The notes under the pieces: generated by a model
Databases searched by the model: none
Seen by the model: the letters and a program-made list of their open reading frames with translations, nothing else
Told to the model about the DNA's origin: nothing
Position numbers and translations under genes: made by a program
Shown here: positions 18,428 to 19,748 of the stretch, piece after piece
Position numbering within the stretch: the stretch's first letter is position 1
Layout: every line of letters starts with the position of its first letter
Assembly: GCA_043808015.1 (NCBI GenBank)
Contig: JAZDFI010000005.1
Coordinates: 1-19,748, forward strand
From: Candidatus Aenigmatarchaeota archaeon
GTDB lineage: Archaea > Aenigmatarchaeota > Aenigmatarchaeia > QMZP01 > QMZT01
Reading direction: 5' to 3'
Length of the DNA stretch: 19,748 bases

Positions 18428-18490
18428 TATTTTATGCCGTCCGGGAATTCTGAAGCATGGACGGCCACGATCCCACTATTTATATAGACA

Positions 18491-18512
18491 TATATGCATA
18501 TAAGTTTATATA
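18491..18512 (+). promoter_or_regulatory. Palindrome TATATGCATATA plus TATA box of the wHTH-RelE operon
   Basis: 12-bp palindrome at 18491-18502, TTTATATA at 18505-18512, SD GGGGTG at 18523, ATG at 18536. Confidence 0.55.
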
Positions 18513-18535
18513 TAATACTCCAGGGGTGGGACTAT

Positions 18536-18865
18536 ATGCAGAGCCTAAAGACAGGCATGAATGCAACAGTGCAGTCGGGCAGAAGCATAAACATAAGCAT
18601 ATCGAAAACGGTTTACCACTGGCCCACGCTCAAGACCGTGCTGATGGTGGAGAAGGCCATACGCGACGCGGAAAAACCACTGTCAATCGAAGCCCTCAAA
18701 AGGGCGCTTCCTATGAAAATAATGGACCAGACGCTGAGGCTCATACTGGCGTACCTGGCAGACAAAGGCTCAATCATGATAGGCAAAAGAGGCATAGTGT
18801 GGATTGAGAACAGGAATCCCAAGTTCCTCAGGCTTATAGAGAAAGGCAAGAGCATCGAATTATGA
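18536..18865 (+). CDS. Winged helix-turn-helix protein (candidate antitoxin/regulator)
   Basis: PTLKTVLMVEKAI-LSIEALKRAL-DQTLRLILAYL-KGSIMI-GIVWI gives three helices plus a beta wing; ATGA overlap with the next gene. Confidence 0.7.
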   Translation: MQSLKTGMNATVQSGRSINISISKTVYHWPTLKTVLMVEKAIRDAEKPLSIEALKRALPMKIMDQTLRLILAYLADKGSIMIGKRGIVWIENRNPKFLRLIEKGKSIEL

Positions 18866-19221
18866 AACCGGTAAGGGTTATACTCAAAGGGGAAGCGGCA
18901 GACGAATACGGAAAGCTAAGCAAAATAACCAGGGAAGAGCAGGGCCGGGGCATTAAAAACTCGCATCACCAGCAATTGCTGAATTCCATAATAAGGGTGT
19001 CAGACCAGCTCAAGCAGGATCCGCAATACGGAACGCCGATATCCAAGGCATTCATCAGGAAAGCGCGCATCCCCGTGGATAACCTGTGGAAAGTCAATCT
19101 GACCGGCTACTGGAGGATGCTTTACACCATATCCGGCAGCAACGTTGAAATAATATGCTACGTTCTCGAAATAAGCGACCACAAAAAGTACGACAGGATT
19201 TTCGGCTACAAAAAGAAATAA
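18862..19221 (+). CDS. RelE/ParE-like toxin (putative)
   Basis: 119 aa, basic; LKQDPQYG, NLWKVNLTGYWRMLYTI and VLEISDHKKYD fit RelE-like topology; translationally coupled to the wHTH gene. Confidence 0.65.
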   Translation: MKPVRVILKGEAADEYGKLSKITREEQGRGIKNSHHQQLLNSIIRVSDQLKQDPQYGTPISKAFIRKARIPVDNLWKVNLTGYWRMLYTISGSNVEIICYVLEISDHKKYDRIFGYKKK

Positions 19222-19255
19222 CGGCAGTTCTATTTCATCCCGGCGCTTAAATACC

Positions 19256-19277
19256 ATGTTTAAACATAACAATATAA
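19256..19277 (+). promoter_or_regulatory. Third copy of ATGTTTAAACATAAC plus TATA-like AATATAA
   Basis: 15-mer at 19256-19270, degenerate upstream copy GCTTAAAT at 19245, ATG at 19302. Confidence 0.7.
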
Positions 19278-19301
19278 CCGCGCCCCATTCAAATTCTAAA
19301 T

Positions 19302-19568
19302 ATGGCCGAAGAAAAGCAGTCAGATTCTAAATCAGGTAAATCAGCGCTTGACAAAGTAGGCGACCTTCTGGAGAACGCAGCCAAGGTGATCAAGACCAAG
19401 AAGGTCACGGCAGGCGCACTGATGGCGGCGGTGTTAGGCGGCATGATAAAGCTGACCGTCCTTACAGAAACGTTTCCCCAGCCCTTCGACGTCGTGGGCA
19501 ACGTCATCATCTTCGCCGCGGTCCTGATGGTCATAATCGACCTGTGCCGCGGCGGCCTGGAAGACTAA
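19302..19568 (+). CDS. Small membrane protein (2 TM), unknown function
   Basis: Charged N-terminus followed by two hydrophobic segments; preceded by motif copy 3. Confidence 0.65.
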   Translation: MAEEKQSDSKSGKSALDKVGDLLENAAKVIKTKKVTAGALMAAVLGGMIKLTVLTETFPQPFDVVGNVIIFAAVLMVIIDLCRGGLED

Positions 19569-19617
19569 TTCAATCCTATCAAATCAACATAAACCATAAA
19601 GCAGCGCCTAAGAAGTT

Positions 19618-19638
19618 AAAATAAAGAAATAAAAAAAC
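19618..19638 (-). terminator. Oligo-T archaeal-type terminator for the minus-strand gene at the window end
   Basis: Minus strand reads TTTTTTTTATTTCTTTATTT about 50 nt after the stop at 19686. Confidence 0.45.
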
Positions 19639-19685
19639 CGAGGTTAGTTGTTTTCAGTTACAAAGGTTCGTCGGGTTACGCCTGA

Positions 19686-19748
19686 TTAAAAGCGCCTCGG
19701 CGGTCTGTGCTTCTGGTAGCAATCTCTGCAGTAAACGGGTTTGTCTCC
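19686..19748 (-). CDS. 3' end of a small CxxC-x17-CxxC zinc-ribbon protein (partial, runs off the window)
   Basis: Manual translation of the minus strand gives GDKPVYCRDCYQKHRPPRRF*; PVYCxxC is characteristic. Not in the ORF track. Confidence 0.8.
   Translation of the reverse strand, partial: GDKPVYCRDCYQKHRPPRRF

Noticed and set aside
18416-18442. dif/Xer-like site: TTTAAACATAA resembles the XerD arm, followed by TTATGCCGTCC
   Set aside because: The spacer is 5 bp rather than 6, the other two copies lack a second arm, and no recombinase is in the window. Kept only as an alternative reading of the repeat.
18457-18807. 116-aa ORF whose ATG sits at the same spacing after motif copy 2
   Set aside because: It overlaps the wHTH gene out of frame, runs through that gene's TATA and SD, and has no protein-like features. 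At most a remnant or short leader.
16246-19270. CRISPR array or IS ends formed by the 15-bp repeats
   Set aside because: The copies are short and 0.8-2.2 kb apart with whole genes between them; no cas or transposase genes are present.

Overview
Gene-dense archaeal DNA. Evidence is a Hel308 helicase, an Fcf1-type PIN protein, TATA boxes about 21-25 nt before start codons and GGTGA-type SD sites; a DPANN-like origin is my inference. The left and middle parts hold Hel308, MscS, a half-size MFS protein, dCMP deaminase, DUF192, an unusually short SMC (843 aa), a PIN protein, a HAD phosphatase and a Na+-pumping pyrophosphatase plus CPA2 antiporter. Next comes a cluster of MtnA, an LsrF-type thiolase, a small membrane protein and a Zn dehydrogenase. 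Its chemistry fits a candidate oxidative 5'-deoxyadenosine/MTA salvage route: 5-deoxyribulose-1-P -> P-HPD -> DHAP + acetyl-CoA. The right part is accessory-like: Doc/Fic + RHH, a nucleoside deaminase, a DUF4405-like + Moco oxidoreductase pair, and wHTH + RelE-like genes. Three intergenic regions there share an identical 15-bp palindrome-containing motif, ATGTTTAAACATAAC. No tRNA, rRNA, CRISPR array or transposase was seen.
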